UHGV virus genome: UHGV-1586583
Strand: one strand, 5' to 3'
Origin: a virus
Length of the DNA: 39,678 nucleotides
The notes beneath the pieces were generated by a model. The model saw only the letters and a list, made by a program, of their open reading frames with translations, was not told where the DNA came from and did not search any database. Below, piece after piece: positions 1 to 9,485 of the stretch (position 1 is the stretch's first letter; every line of letters begins with the position of its first letter). The position numbers and the translations under genes were made by a program.

Positions 1-19
1 AAACCAACGTTTTAGTCTT
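1..19. other. Partial cix-like crossover site for Cin, truncated by the window edge
   Basis: Window opens AAACC-AA-CGTTTTAGTCTT, resembling the end of one half-site, a 2-bp crossover spacer and the other half-site of a Gin/Cin inversion site (Mu gix: ...AAACC-TC-GGTTTACAGGAA). It lies about 70 bp upstream of cin, as expected. Recalled consensus only. Confidence 0.3.
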
Positions 20-73
20 AATCCCTACCTATACCAACGATGTATTTTTAACTAAACAAAGAGGTTGTTTTTC

Positions 74-646
74 ATGCAAATTGGCTACATTCGTGTGTCA
101 ACAAATGACCAAAACACAGATTTACAAAGAAATGCACTGAACTGCGCAGGATGTGAACTGATTTTTGAAGATAAAATAAGCGGAACAAAGTCAGCCAGAC
201 CAGGCTTGAAAAAGCTGCTCAGAACGTTATCAGAAGGAGATACGCTGGTTGTCTGGAAGCTGGATAGGCTTGGCAGAAGTATGAAACACCTTATCACGCT
301 TATAGAGGAGTTGCGGGAAAAAGGTGTTAATTTCCGTAGTCTGACAGACAGTATTGACACATCAACACCCATGGGGCGTTTCTTTTTTCACGTCATGGGG
401 GCTTTAGCAGAAATGGAACGTGAATTAATTGTTGAGAGAACACTGGCCGGACTGGCAGCTGCACGCGAACAGGGACGCATTGGCGGACGTCGCCCGAAGT
501 TGACAAAAGAACAACATGAGCAAATAGCGAGGTTGATCGAAAATGGCTACAGCAGGAAACAGTTGGCAATTATTTACGATATCGGTGTATCGACGATTTA
601 TCGTTATCATCCTGTAGAGAAGCGCCAAACTCAATCTGAGCTGTAA
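74..646 (+). CDS. cin: Serine DNA invertase Cin (Gin/Hin/Cin family)
   Basis: Translation MQIGYIRVSTNDQNTDLQ...VVWKLDRLGRSMKHL...MGRFFFHVMGALAEMERELI...GRIGGRRPKLT is the canonical serine-invertase catalytic domain plus C-terminal HTH. The ATG at 74 is preferred over the TTG at 65 given in the ORF track. Confidence 0.9.
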   Translation: MQIGYIRVSTNDQNTDLQRNALNCAGCELIFEDKISGTKSARPGLKKLLRTLSEGDTLVVWKLDRLGRSMKHLITLIEELREKGVNFRSLTDSIDTSTPMGRFFFHVMGALAEMERELIVERTLAGLAAAREQGRIGGRRPKLTKEQHEQIARLIENGYSRKQLAIIYDIGVSTIYRYHPVEKRQTQSEL

Positions 647-1081
647 TTCTAATGCCGCGTCGGTGTAATTTATCTTGATAGAATAGGTACATTTATCGCG
701 CGGCACATCAATTCGATGTATCTAGCGCCTGCTGACCGCTAATGAAAACTGTCCTCGAAATGTTGTCCCTAGCCCGAGACTAGGGTATCACCTCTGGAAA
801 GCATACGCAGAACCTTTTTTAACCCAGGGTGCCCAGCCTTTTTGCTGCTCGCCTTATTCGCAAAAATTAGCTCACATCCTGCGCTTTCAAGTGCTTTTCA
901 CTGCATAGCTGTGTTTTGTTCATTTGTCTATATGCGTACATAGCCTATTAGCATATTTTCTGCCCACTATCGTTATTTATTGCAAGCTACAGGTTTTAAT
1001 TAACAAAACCAGTGTGTGTGGAAATCACAAAGTGCATACCGTTCTCAGATGTTGTTCAACTTACTGTTGTATAGGTAAAAA

Positions 1082-1345
1082 ATGACATTTTATGTACATA
1101 TCGTGATGTTATCCCTTCTTGGTGGGGTGTATTCGTATTTGAGTGGGCTATGTGAAAACCGTTACGAGTCTTCATGCAAGAAATTGCTGGCCGAATGTAT
1201 TTCCGCCGTACTTGCTGGCTTTATTGGCATGTATCTCGCGGAATATAAGGATATGAATGAAAGCCTTCAGAGCTGCATGGTTCTTATTTTCAGCGCCAAT
1301 AGCAGGCTTATTATTGAAGGTTCCAAAAGTCGGTTGAATAGGTAA
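1082..1345 (+). CDS. Small hydrophobic protein, possibly lysis-associated
   Basis: 87-aa ORF with AGGT upstream of the ATG and a hydrophobic, membrane-like sequence, directly upstream of the lydA/lydB lysis genes. Confidence 0.35.
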   Translation: MTFYVHIVMLSLLGGVYSYLSGLCENRYESSCKKLLAECISAVLAGFIGMYLAEYKDMNESLQSCMVLIFSANSRLIIEGSKSRLNR

Positions 1346-1419
1346 GTCTCTTATGCAACATAACCGGTTGAGAAGTTACTTTGCATACCATTACCTCCTG
1401 ACAACGTAGGAGGGAACTT

Positions 1420-1749
1420 GTGCTTGACACACAGGAATTAGCTCCAGTTGCTATTGCGCTCCTGCTTTCAGTAATTGGTGGGATAGGCACGTTCCTGATG
1501 GATGTCCGAGACGGTCGCCAGTCTGGCAATTTGTTGGGATTGGTTACGGAGATCTTTGTTGCAGTGACAGCTGGCGCGGTGGCGTACCTATTGGGGCAAC
1601 ACGAGGGCTGGGAGTTATCCATTACGTACTTAATGGTAACGATAGCCAGCAATAACGGTCATGAGGTGATTTCAGGGATGAAACGAGTGAATATCGATAG
1701 CATTCTGAATGTTCTTACAAGTTTGGTGAAAAAGGGAGGCGGGAAATGA
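1420..1749 (+). CDS. lydA: Holin LydA
   Basis: 109-aa protein with predicted transmembrane helices (LAPVAIALLLSVIGGIGTFLM, EIFVAVTAGAVAYLLG), GTG start preceded by AGGAGGG, first gene of the lyd/dar operon as in P1. Confidence 0.65.
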   Translation: MLDTQELAPVAIALLLSVIGGIGTFLMDVRDGRQSGNLLGLVTEIFVAVTAGAVAYLLGQHEGWELSITYLMVTIASNNGHEVISGMKRVNIDSILNVLTSLVKKGGGK

Positions 1750-2189
1750 TTGGCTGGGGTGTATGCGTTCTTGCGTTAGCCTTAGCCGATCGCTATTTGC
1801 TAAAACGCAAGGACATCACGCATTTAGAACTTGGTGATGTGGAAATTAAACCGGGTTTCATCCGGGTGCCGTTCAAATACCGGTCTAAATTCCCGTTTTT
1901 GCGCGGCGCAACGGTCAGATATTGGATCCGCGATGTTCAGAAGCCGACGACAGTGATTGAAGGCGAACAACGTTGTTTGACGTCGGCTGAACAGGGCGAA
2001 AACAGTGAATGGTTGTACATACCCACTGAATATATGGGTAAAGGAGAGCGACTGTGGCATTTCAACGTCATGGTTACGCATGGCGACTCGTTCATTAACC
2101 CGTTGTATCGGATTTTCCCTGTTACTCAGCAAATCCGCAGAAGTTACGTAATAAATCTCGCACAGGATGTGTCAGATGACGAAAAATAA
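1746..2189 (+). CDS. lydB: Antiholin-like LydB
   Basis: 147-aa ORF overlapping the lydA stop (ATGA), SD GGGAGG, N-terminal hydrophobic segment. The name is assigned by position and size relative to P1. Confidence 0.55.
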   Translation: MIGWGVCVLALALADRYLLKRKDITHLELGDVEIKPGFIRVPFKYRSKFPFLRGATVRYWIRDVQKPTTVIEGEQRCLTSAEQGENSEWLYIPTEYMGKGERLWHFNVMVTHGDSFINPLYRIFPVTQQIRRSYVINLAQDVSDDEK

Positions 2190-2778
2190 GTATGCAACGG
2201 TCGATTTTGACCAGGTTAATGAAAAGGGGCTGAAATCCCTTATCGCGGCGATCAATAAAACCGGTGTTACGGTAATTGAGGTTGACTCCAGCAACCGCGC
2301 AACAACGAAAGATGGCGTTAAAGTTAAAACCGCAAAGCTGGTTCTTAACGACGGACAAATTCTTGCCATACAGGTAAACGATACTGGCGATATATCGTCT
2401 GTGAGGCTGAATGGAAAAGCTATTCCTAACGCTCAATCGCCGGATATCAAGACGCTTGGTACCGTCATGGGGCAAGCGGCCCGCAAAAACTCCGCAAAAT
2501 TCCAGAAATCACTGATCGCCAAAGCGAAACGTGTTGCCAATCCGGTAGACAAGAAACCGGCAGTAAAATCCAACTTTCAGCGCCTGCAAGAGGCAAAACA
2601 GCGGAATGCTCAGGTGGTTGCCGCTTATAAATCAGCGCAGAACTCGGTGTCTTTCAATCAACAGCAGATCACTGATTTGCGGGCGAAGCTGGATAAGGAG
2701 ACAGGCCGACTCAATAACGAAAAGGCCCGAAATGGCGAACTCAAACGCCGTCTTAAGCAACTGAAAGCAGGAAATTAA
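2167..2778 (+). CDS. hdf: Hdf (homolog of DarA fragment), Dar antirestriction operon
   Basis: 203 aa. The segment ...KNSAKFQKSLIAKAK... parallels DarA ...KNSAKFQRAQKKKK... with a coiled-coil tail. The true start may be the ATG at 2176. Confidence 0.6.
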   Translation: MCQMTKNKYATVDFDQVNEKGLKSLIAAINKTGVTVIEVDSSNRATTKDGVKVKTAKLVLNDGQILAIQVNDTGDISSVRLNGKAIPNAQSPDIKTLGTVMGQAARKNSAKFQKSLIAKAKRVANPVDKKPAVKSNFQRLQEAKQRNAQVVAAYKSAQNSVSFNQQQITDLRAKLDKETGRLNNEKARNGELKRRLKQLKAGN

Positions 2779-2779
2779 C

Positions 2780-4699
2780 ATGGAACAGTTCAATATCAAT
2801 AAAGGGGTGACGATCAAGCCTGGGCTTGACGTGCTTCCCCCGCCAGTGACTGATGATGAATATCGCGCATTAATGGCCGGTGAGGACCGCTATCTGATGA
2901 CGGAATCCAACACCCTGGAGGAAATCGAGGCTACGTTCTTCTATGACACGCCGATCCACTGGTGTGCTACGGATTTACTGGAGGCGATTAGTTCTACTCG
3001 TTTGCAGTTACACCGGACCATGCAGGCATTTGTCCGGGCATTGAACCAGAAGCTGAATGGTACCGGAATCTCTGCGGGGAGTGATAAAACGGGGGATGTG
3101 GCCCAGAGCGGCGCGCGCGCGATCGGCGGCGCTGAAATTGGCCGGGCACGTAACGTTAACGGGCTGCCGGTCTTGCCAGCCATTATTCCGCTCAGTGATG
3201 GTCAGACTATCAGCATTCTGTTTCATAGCCCGACAGCGGAAAACCGGATCACCAATAGCGATACGCTGGTTGCTTTCCAGTTCTTACTGAATAAAAAAGA
3301 CGTTACTCACACCGTTGCTCCGATGAGTGGACGTGATATGACGCTGGCGCAGGTCACCATGAAACTTGCCAACCTTGCAGAGAAAAACTCGGCAAAATTC
3401 CAGCGTGCGCAGAAGAAGAAAAAAGCCCTTGTTGATGAAATAACCCAACTACAGGCTGACAGTGACCAGAAAGAGGATGCCATGAGCGACCTCGCGGATC
3501 AGGTGGCAGCGGTAGAAGGGCAGAAGGCAGATCTGGAGCAGAAAATTAACGCTGTTGCATCGGAAGCGGATTCTCTTTATGAAGAGAATGAGCGTTTGCA
3601 GACGGAGATTGATCAGCTCAATCGCACTGGTGGGCGCGATACCATTGCTCCAGCGGGGATGACTGGTGGGCACTCTCGCGCGCTGACGGATCGCCTTGCC
3701 AGTATCAAAAATCGTATGCATATGGACGGGGAAGTGACGCTCAGTAATGGTGCATCAATGAAGCAATTCATTGGGGGCGGCGAAGGGTATATCCAGTTAA
3801 CCGATCCGGATGGCAGCGTATACATGATCAAGGCTAAATCCATACAGGGTGTGGACATGGCAGATGCGATCGGCAAGCTGTTTAAAGCCTATAAAGCGGG
3901 TAATGTATCGGAATACCTGGTCCAACCAGAAGAACATAAACCGGAAAACGTCGAACCTGAACCAGCGGAGGATGCCGGTAGCTCTTCGCCTGAACCAGAA
4001 GTCTCTGTAGGTGCATATCGATATGCCCTGCAAATGCGTCCGGCGGCCCCTGGCGCAATACCTGAAGGTAACAAAGCAATTCTGCCGCGCCCTGATGAAG
4101 GTGACCCGTATTATGAATATGCACGCTACGGCATTGCTACTTACGATACCCCGCTTTCTGATCAGCAAATGAGTGAGTACGACCTGAAGTTATTGCCTCG
4201 CGAGGATTCTTTCGACTTCCTGGCGAAGACACTTACTAATGGTCCGTTTGGCAAATATGCACAAAAAGCTCTGGAGCTGGCCACCAGCTCACCAGACGAG
4301 TTCCGCGTAATGCTGAAAACTCAGTTTCAAAAAACTTTCCCCAATATTGCGTTTCCTGGGGGCGCTGGCACCGAGAAAATGGTGCAGAGCATGATCAATG
4401 CATTGCAGGCCGAAGTCGGTGAGATTCCTCAGCCAGAACCGGCCCCGGCACAGCCTGATGAAACGGTTAGCGAAGCAGATGCAGAGGCTAATAAAGCCAT
4501 TGAATATCTCAATAACGTGATGGATATACAAAGCACTGACATGGCGGAGATCCGTAACGCCCGGGGCAATGTCCGGGAAGCGATTGCAGCCCTTCAGGCT
4601 GCCGGACGTTTTGAGGAAAACGAAGAGCTGGTTAACGGCGCAGCTCGCCACCTGGCTGATCTGTTGGTAGCAATCCAGAAAGCGGGGGTAGCGGCATGA
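2780..4699 (+). CDS. darA: DarA, virion-packaged antirestriction protein
   Basis: 639-aa ORF, matching the size I recall for P1 DarA, in the expected position after hdf, with a coiled-coil region and an internal region homologous to Hdf. Confidence 0.7.
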   Translation: MEQFNINKGVTIKPGLDVLPPPVTDDEYRALMAGEDRYLMTESNTLEEIEATFFYDTPIHWCATDLLEAISSTRLQLHRTMQAFVRALNQKLNGTGISAGSDKTGDVAQSGARAIGGAEIGRARNVNGLPVLPAIIPLSDGQTISILFHSPTAENRITNSDTLVAFQFLLNKKDVTHTVAPMSGRDMTLAQVTMKLANLAEKNSAKFQRAQKKKKALVDEITQLQADSDQKEDAMSDLADQVAAVEGQKADLEQKINAVASEADSLYEENERLQTEIDQLNRTGGRDTIAPAGMTGGHSRALTDRLASIKNRMHMDGEVTLSNGASMKQFIGGGEGYIQLTDPDGSVYMIKAKSIQGVDMADAIGKLFKAYKAGNVSEYLVQPEEHKPENVEPEPAEDAGSSSPEPEVSVGAYRYALQMRPAAPGAIPEGNKAILPRPDEGDPYYEYARYGIATYDTPLSDQQMSEYDLKLLPREDSFDFLAKTLTNGPFGKYAQKALELATSSPDEFRVMLKTQFQKTFPNIAFPGGAGTEKMVQSMINALQAEVGEIPQPEPAPAQPDETVSEADAEANKAIEYLNNVMDIQSTDMAEIRNARGNVREAIAALQAAGRFEENEELVNGAARHLADLLVAIQKAGVAA

Positions 4700-5061
4700 C
4701 ACTATCAGCTATTGAGTTAATGGATCTCAGCGATAAGTTGGATGCTCTGATGTCCAAAGCGGCTACCGCGAGTGGCATGGAGTTGCTGGATATCAGCGAT
4801 GAAATTGACCAGATCATGCAACAGATGGGGTACGGCGCGTCCGGCGGTGGTAGTGGCGAGGAAAAACAACCTTCGGAACATGATGGTGTGCCAAAACTGG
4901 TTGCTGATTTCCTGGCTGATAAATTCGTCGATCAGAGCACCGATGCATTTATCGGTACCTTGCAGGATTTGAGTCAATATGTTGGCACATACATCGACCT
5001 GGACCAGGTTAAACAGCACACTGCGGCATGGATAGCCGCCAACATTAAAGAGGCAGCATAA
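4696..5061 (+). CDS. ddrA: DdrA (Dar operon small protein)
   Basis: 121-aa ORF overlapping the darA stop, acidic/Gly-rich; assigned by position and size. Confidence 0.55.
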   Translation: MTLSAIELMDLSDKLDALMSKAATASGMELLDISDEIDQIMQQMGYGASGGGSGEEKQPSEHDGVPKLVADFLADKFVDQSTDAFIGTLQDLSQYVGTYIDLDQVKQHTAAWIAANIKEAA

Positions 5062-5073
5062 GGCGTAACAGGG

Positions 5074-8061
5074 ATGAGCTTAAGCGATCAGGTGGTAATG
5101 GCCACCAGCATAGAAACGCTGATCGAGCTGCTAAAGAACCTGCCCGATTATGGGCGGGTTTCGTATGTGGTGACAGCGAAGGGAGACGAGGTAAAAACAG
5201 CGTTTGATATCGTCGATGCCTCAGCTCTTTTGGTATCCAATACTCTGGATGGGAAAATTAATCCTGACTATCCCCAGGAACTTCAGCCGCGCGACCGGAC
5301 CCGCGCATCCAGCCTTCTTCAGGTTAACCAGATATCCAAAGATTTGCGGCCAGCTCAGCTTACTGATTCCGGTTTATCCAGCCATGGTGCGCCAATAATT
5401 GGTGAGGACAATGCCGTTGAGTCAGGTAATGGGCGGACCATGGGGATCATTAAAGCCTATCAGGACGGTAATGCGGATCGGTATCGGGAGTACCTGATTG
5501 AACATGCGACCGAATTCGGCATACGGCCTGAAAAGGTTGAATCAATGACGGCTCCGGTACTGGTGCGCCGCCGGTTAACGAAGGTTGACCGTGTTCAGTT
5601 TGCCAAGGACTCAAATATTTCTGATCTCCAGGAAATGGCAGCCAGTGAAAAGGCTTTTGTTGATGCCGACAGCATAACTCCGGCGATGATGGCGCTGTTT
5701 AACCCATCAGAAAGCGGAGATCTGCTTAGCCGCAGTAATGACGCGTTTATTCGCGGATTCATGACGCAAGTTGGTGCCACACAGGCTGCTGGCCTTGTAA
5801 CGGAAGATGGGCGACCAACACGGCAACTTGTTGACCGTATACAAAACGCGATCTTTGCCAAGGCATATAAGGATGCGCGCCTGGTAAGAATGGTTGCAGA
5901 AGAACCTGATCCGGATATGCGTAATGTTCTGACGGCGCTTAATGCGGCAGCCAATGATTTTGTCCAGATGCAGGCTTTATCAGGAGAAGCGCACAAGCAG
6001 GCTGTGACAACTATTGTTGATGGTATTGAGACAGCGGATAGTCTCGATAAAAAGGCGCTGGCGGCATTGAAAGATGCGGTAGACCTGGTAAGGCAATCGA
6101 AGGAGTCAGGCCAACATATTACCGATGTTATTGCTCAGGGGGATATGTTCAGCGAAACAGCCCCGGAAGTGAAAGCTCTCGCGTTGTTCATCGTCGCGAA
6201 TAACCGTAGCGCGAAGCGTATGGCCACCGCCTTTAAATTGATGGCTCAACGTATCAATGATGAGTTACAGCACCAGGGCCAGGCGCTGGGGGATATGTTT
6301 GGCGGTGGTGATGTGTCGTTACAGGATATCCTTCGCCAGGTGTCTCAGGAACTGGAAAACGAAGGCATGCAAGGGATATCCGGCGGTCTTTTCGAGTCCG
6401 TTTCCGGCGGTAGTTACAACGGTGTTGCTCCATATACCAGCTTGCTATTACATCGGGCATCCGGCATCAAAGACATTATTCATCTGATCAGGCTGCTTTC
6501 CCGTACAGATCCCCAGGATGAACAGCTTGTACAAGTGCTTGCGCATTTTGTTCGAATGCCTGTTGCCGACGTGAATAAATGGTGCCGATTATTCGGTATC
6601 AGCAATTCGTTACTTCGCGGATTGTTAAATCACGCATCCTCCCTTGGGCGCGACGGCTTTGATGAGATAGCGCAGGCGATAAAAAACGGAGATATGCCAC
6701 CAGCTATTGACTGGTTTTCCATTCGCCCAACCAGGGTGAAAGCATTCCTTAGCGCGGCGCATTCGGCATCACCATTGGCAGAAATGATTCAGAGGTTGTC
6801 GCTCATATTCACAGACCATACCGCGTTGGGTGATCTGACTCTGGACGAGATGAAAGAAGCCTCCATTCAGTGGGCCGATCAACAAAATGAGGTTAACTCA
6901 GACTTCTTGCCAGCATTCAGGAAGGCCGTTAGTAAAGCGGATGATGCCCGTGGAATTCTGAAGGCATTTAAGGCATTGCAAAGTCGGGTTAATAAACATG
7001 TCGGTGATATCGATGGGGTAACGGCGGAAGGCAGGGATATCCTTAAAGAGCACGGCATAACGCCAGAGTTTATTGATGAGATCAGGACGGATATGCAGCG
7101 TGAGGTCGTATCGTCCCTGCAAATCGTAGCCAGAGCGTTGGCGGATGCTAATCCGAAGAGTGCGGCCATTGTTAACCGGGTTATTGGTGATATTGAAGCA
7201 TCGGAGGGCATGGGGGCGCTGAAACTCTTCCTTTCGCGAGCGTTTAATCCTAACGGCAATATTCTCCCTGGCATTATTGGTGAGGCTAAAAAGTATGTCA
7301 GTGAAGAAGAACTTGAGCAGCTTGACCAACTACTTAAGCGATTCTCATATAACCCGCAGATACGCTGGCAAATGAATCAGCGAAGTATGGGTTCGGTCCA
7401 CGAGAAAGTGTTATCTGCCATGAACAGTGCGATCGCAAACTCATCCGTATCTGAAGAAAAAGCTCTTGAGTGGGCCGACTCTTTTATCACAGAAGAAGTG
7501 GAAGAAGCCCGCGCTGGACAGAATGGTGGGATAGACCTGCGCAAGGAACTTGCTGATATTTATCGCCTGACCGGCGGGAAAATATCGACCTTATCAAAGG
7601 TAGTTCACCACCAGGGAAGGGCATATGCAAATCTTAATGGTGTTGTTGCTGTCAATTTGAACGATGAAAATGCAAGTGCACTGTGGCACGAGCTGGGTCA
7701 TCATCTTGAGTACAGTAACCCTGGTTTGTTAGAGAAAGCCCGGTCATTCCTGAAGGCCAATGTTGAAGGGGATAAGCCATCTTTCGTCAATATCGGTGGG
7801 CGTGGCAAGCCTGAATGGTGCTTCAGATCTCGATTGAGTAATATTTATATGGCGAAGGTATACCCGCCAGCCTCAGTAAGTAACACCGGGAAAATTCGGC
7901 AGAAATCACCGACTATTTCCAAAACGTCAGCAACGGAAGTATTCTCTATGGCTCTTCAGTTGTATCATGACAAAGAGGCCGCTGCCGCATCACTGATGAA
8001 TGGTGACGGATTGCTGGAACTGTTATTAGGTGTGGCAAAGGAGCTAAATAATGCAGATTAA
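5074..8061 (+). CDS. ddrB: DdrB, large Dar operon protein
   Basis: 995-aa ORF downstream of ddrA, consistent in size and order with P1 DdrB. Confidence 0.65.
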   Translation: MSLSDQVVMATSIETLIELLKNLPDYGRVSYVVTAKGDEVKTAFDIVDASALLVSNTLDGKINPDYPQELQPRDRTRASSLLQVNQISKDLRPAQLTDSGLSSHGAPIIGEDNAVESGNGRTMGIIKAYQDGNADRYREYLIEHATEFGIRPEKVESMTAPVLVRRRLTKVDRVQFAKDSNISDLQEMAASEKAFVDADSITPAMMALFNPSESGDLLSRSNDAFIRGFMTQVGATQAAGLVTEDGRPTRQLVDRIQNAIFAKAYKDARLVRMVAEEPDPDMRNVLTALNAAANDFVQMQALSGEAHKQAVTTIVDGIETADSLDKKALAALKDAVDLVRQSKESGQHITDVIAQGDMFSETAPEVKALALFIVANNRSAKRMATAFKLMAQRINDELQHQGQALGDMFGGGDVSLQDILRQVSQELENEGMQGISGGLFESVSGGSYNGVAPYTSLLLHRASGIKDIIHLIRLLSRTDPQDEQLVQVLAHFVRMPVADVNKWCRLFGISNSLLRGLLNHASSLGRDGFDEIAQAIKNGDMPPAIDWFSIRPTRVKAFLSAAHSASPLAEMIQRLSLIFTDHTALGDLTLDEMKEASIQWADQQNEVNSDFLPAFRKAVSKADDARGILKAFKALQSRVNKHVGDIDGVTAEGRDILKEHGITPEFIDEIRTDMQREVVSSLQIVARALADANPKSAAIVNRVIGDIEASEGMGALKLFLSRAFNPNGNILPGIIGEAKKYVSEEELEQLDQLLKRFSYNPQIRWQMNQRSMGSVHEKVLSAMNSAIANSSVSEEKALEWADSFITEEVEEARAGQNGGIDLRKELADIYRLTGGKISTLSKVVHHQGRAYANLNGVVAVNLNDENASALWHELGHHLEYSNPGLLEKARSFLKANVEGDKPSFVNIGGRGKPEWCFRSRLSNIYMAKVYPPASVSNTGKIRQKSPTISKTSATEVFSMALQLYHDKEAAAASLMNGDGLLELLLGVAKELNNAD

Positions 8062-8359
8062 AATCGCAGCGCCATTAGGTGGAGATGCCATTATCGAATT
8101 TGATGATAATGAAGAAGTTTCCGGGCGTTTAAGCATTATCTCCGGTGACATTACCGAGGACATGATCGCTGAAGCCATAGCTGGGGCAAATCCCAATAGC
8201 TATATGGGATTCGTTAACACCCTTGATGCTCCCGCAAGTGATGTTCTCCGAACGCTGCATCTTTACGCTGGCTGGTTTGTTGATTGGCCAGCAGTAGATG
8301 GTGGCGATGAGGACGACGACGATGATTTTGGTGATCATGTAGACCAGATCGTATATTGA
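8051..8359 (+). CDS. Small acidic protein, last gene of the dar operon
   Basis: 102-aa ORF overlapping the ddrB stop, with an extremely acidic C-terminus (DGGDEDDDDDFGDH). Probably the P1 iddB equivalent, but the name is not certain. Confidence 0.5.
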   Translation: MQIKIAAPLGGDAIIEFDDNEEVSGRLSIISGDITEDMIAEAIAGANPNSYMGFVNTLDAPASDVLRTLHLYAGWFVDWPAVDGGDEDDDDDFGDHVDQIVY

Positions 8360-8361
8360 AG

Positions 8362-8387
8362 AAATCCCGCCAATCGGCGGGATTTTT
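8362..8387 (+). terminator. Rho-independent terminator of the lyd/dar operon
   Basis: AAATCCCGCC-AATC-GGCGGGATTT hairpin followed by a T-run, placed between the convergent dar operon and the minus-strand gene ending at 8391. Confidence 0.6.
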
Positions 8388-8390
8388 ACC

Positions 8391-9485
8391 TCACGAGAAG
8401 CTTTTTTCTGATGTCAGCCAACAGTGCTCGTGCAAATCTCTTGGTGGTTTTTCGACAAATGCCTCTTCAGCCACATCCTGCCAGGGGATTTGTTTAGCCC
8501 ATTCAGTTATAGCGTTATGGTTTGCCGAGAATAACGGTATTGTATAGGCCTTCAGCCAGTCTAATGTGCTGGAGTTGTGTTTTTGAGCGTGATGTTTCGC
8601 ATGGTGTTTGGCGATCACGATCGTAGGCACTACCCATTTACTACCGTCAGTCATTGTGAAGTGCATATTACGGGGAACAGATGACTTTTCCATCAACTCC
8701 CGAATCCCGGGGAATTTCCCCAAGATCAATCGGCGATATTCATCGCTATTGCGCCCACCAAACTCTTTGGCTTTGAATTCAAGATATGCTTCAGAAACGA
8801 GAGGTGAATCCTCTGTGTTTAGAGTTATCGCCGTGAAAAAACCAGCAGGATTGTTTTTACTATGGGCCAACCGGTGATGCGAATCATAAAAGTACCCTTT
8901 CTCGCGTTCCGATGGTTTCGACAGCAACAGCAGGCGCGAGTCATAATTGGTTAAATTGCCAGTTATCACTGCATGAGCGCGATCGCTGATTTCCGCCGAG
9001 TTAATAACGATGAAAAGATCGTGCGGTCCAGTAAAACCAGCCAGAGACTCTTCGTTATTCAGACAATAGGTTATATAGACGCATCCCCATGTTTCACTGA
9101 TATGCACCAACCCTTTGTCAGGGTGTATTCTGAAATAATTGCCAAGAAAAGGGTGTTTTTGGGTAACTCGCTCCCAATAACGGAACATATAGTCAATTAT
9201 TGTTTTTCGACTATCGTTAATCGCAGGAGAAACAACCACTGTACGGGAACACGAATACAGTATTGTTTGCAGGATGCTAATCACTGCCACAATAGAGGTT
9301 TCCCCAATACCATGTGGTGTGGTGGCAGTGACTTTGGCTCCGGTGTTCTTTATCGCGTTAATAATTTTTGCTTGATGAGGTGTTAACTCAATATCAAGCA
9401 ACTCTTTTGCTGCCAGTTCCCAATTGTCTTTATACCGTTCTATCAGTGCTAACCAGGCAGATTCATTCTGTATACGATTAATCAC
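8391..9485 (-). CDS. PacB-like terminase large-subunit paralog with degenerate ATPase motifs
   Basis: 364 aa. Aligns by eye to the N-terminal ATPase region of the PacB at 28724..30208 ([22 protein letters not shown] versus [21 protein letters not shown]). Walker A reads GIGETS where PacB has GTGKS; Walker B reads FIVINSAE where PacB has YIIDEAS. Confidence 0.6.
   Translation of the reverse strand: MINRIQNESAWLALIERYKDNWELAAKELLDIELTPHQAKIINAIKNTGAKVTATTPHGIGETSIVAVISILQTILYSCSRTVVVSPAINDSRKTIIDYMFRYWERVTQKHPFLGNYFRIHPDKGLVHISETWGCVYITYCLNNEESLAGFTGPHDLFIVINSAEISDRAHAVITGNLTNYDSRLLLLSKPSEREKGYFYDSHHRLAHSKNNPAGFFTAITLNTEDSPLVSEAYLEFKAKEFGGRNSDEYRRLILGKFPGIRELMEKSSVPRNMHFTMTDGSKWVVPTIVIAKHHAKHHAQKHNSSTLDWLKAYTIPLFSANHNAITEWAKQIPWQDVAEEAFVEKPPRDLHEHCWLTSEKSFS

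Noticed and set aside
85-706. Minus-strand ORFs (95 aa and 93 aa) overlapping cin
   Set aside because: They lie antisense within a well-supported conserved recombinase gene and have no ribosome-binding site; typical spurious antisense ORFs.
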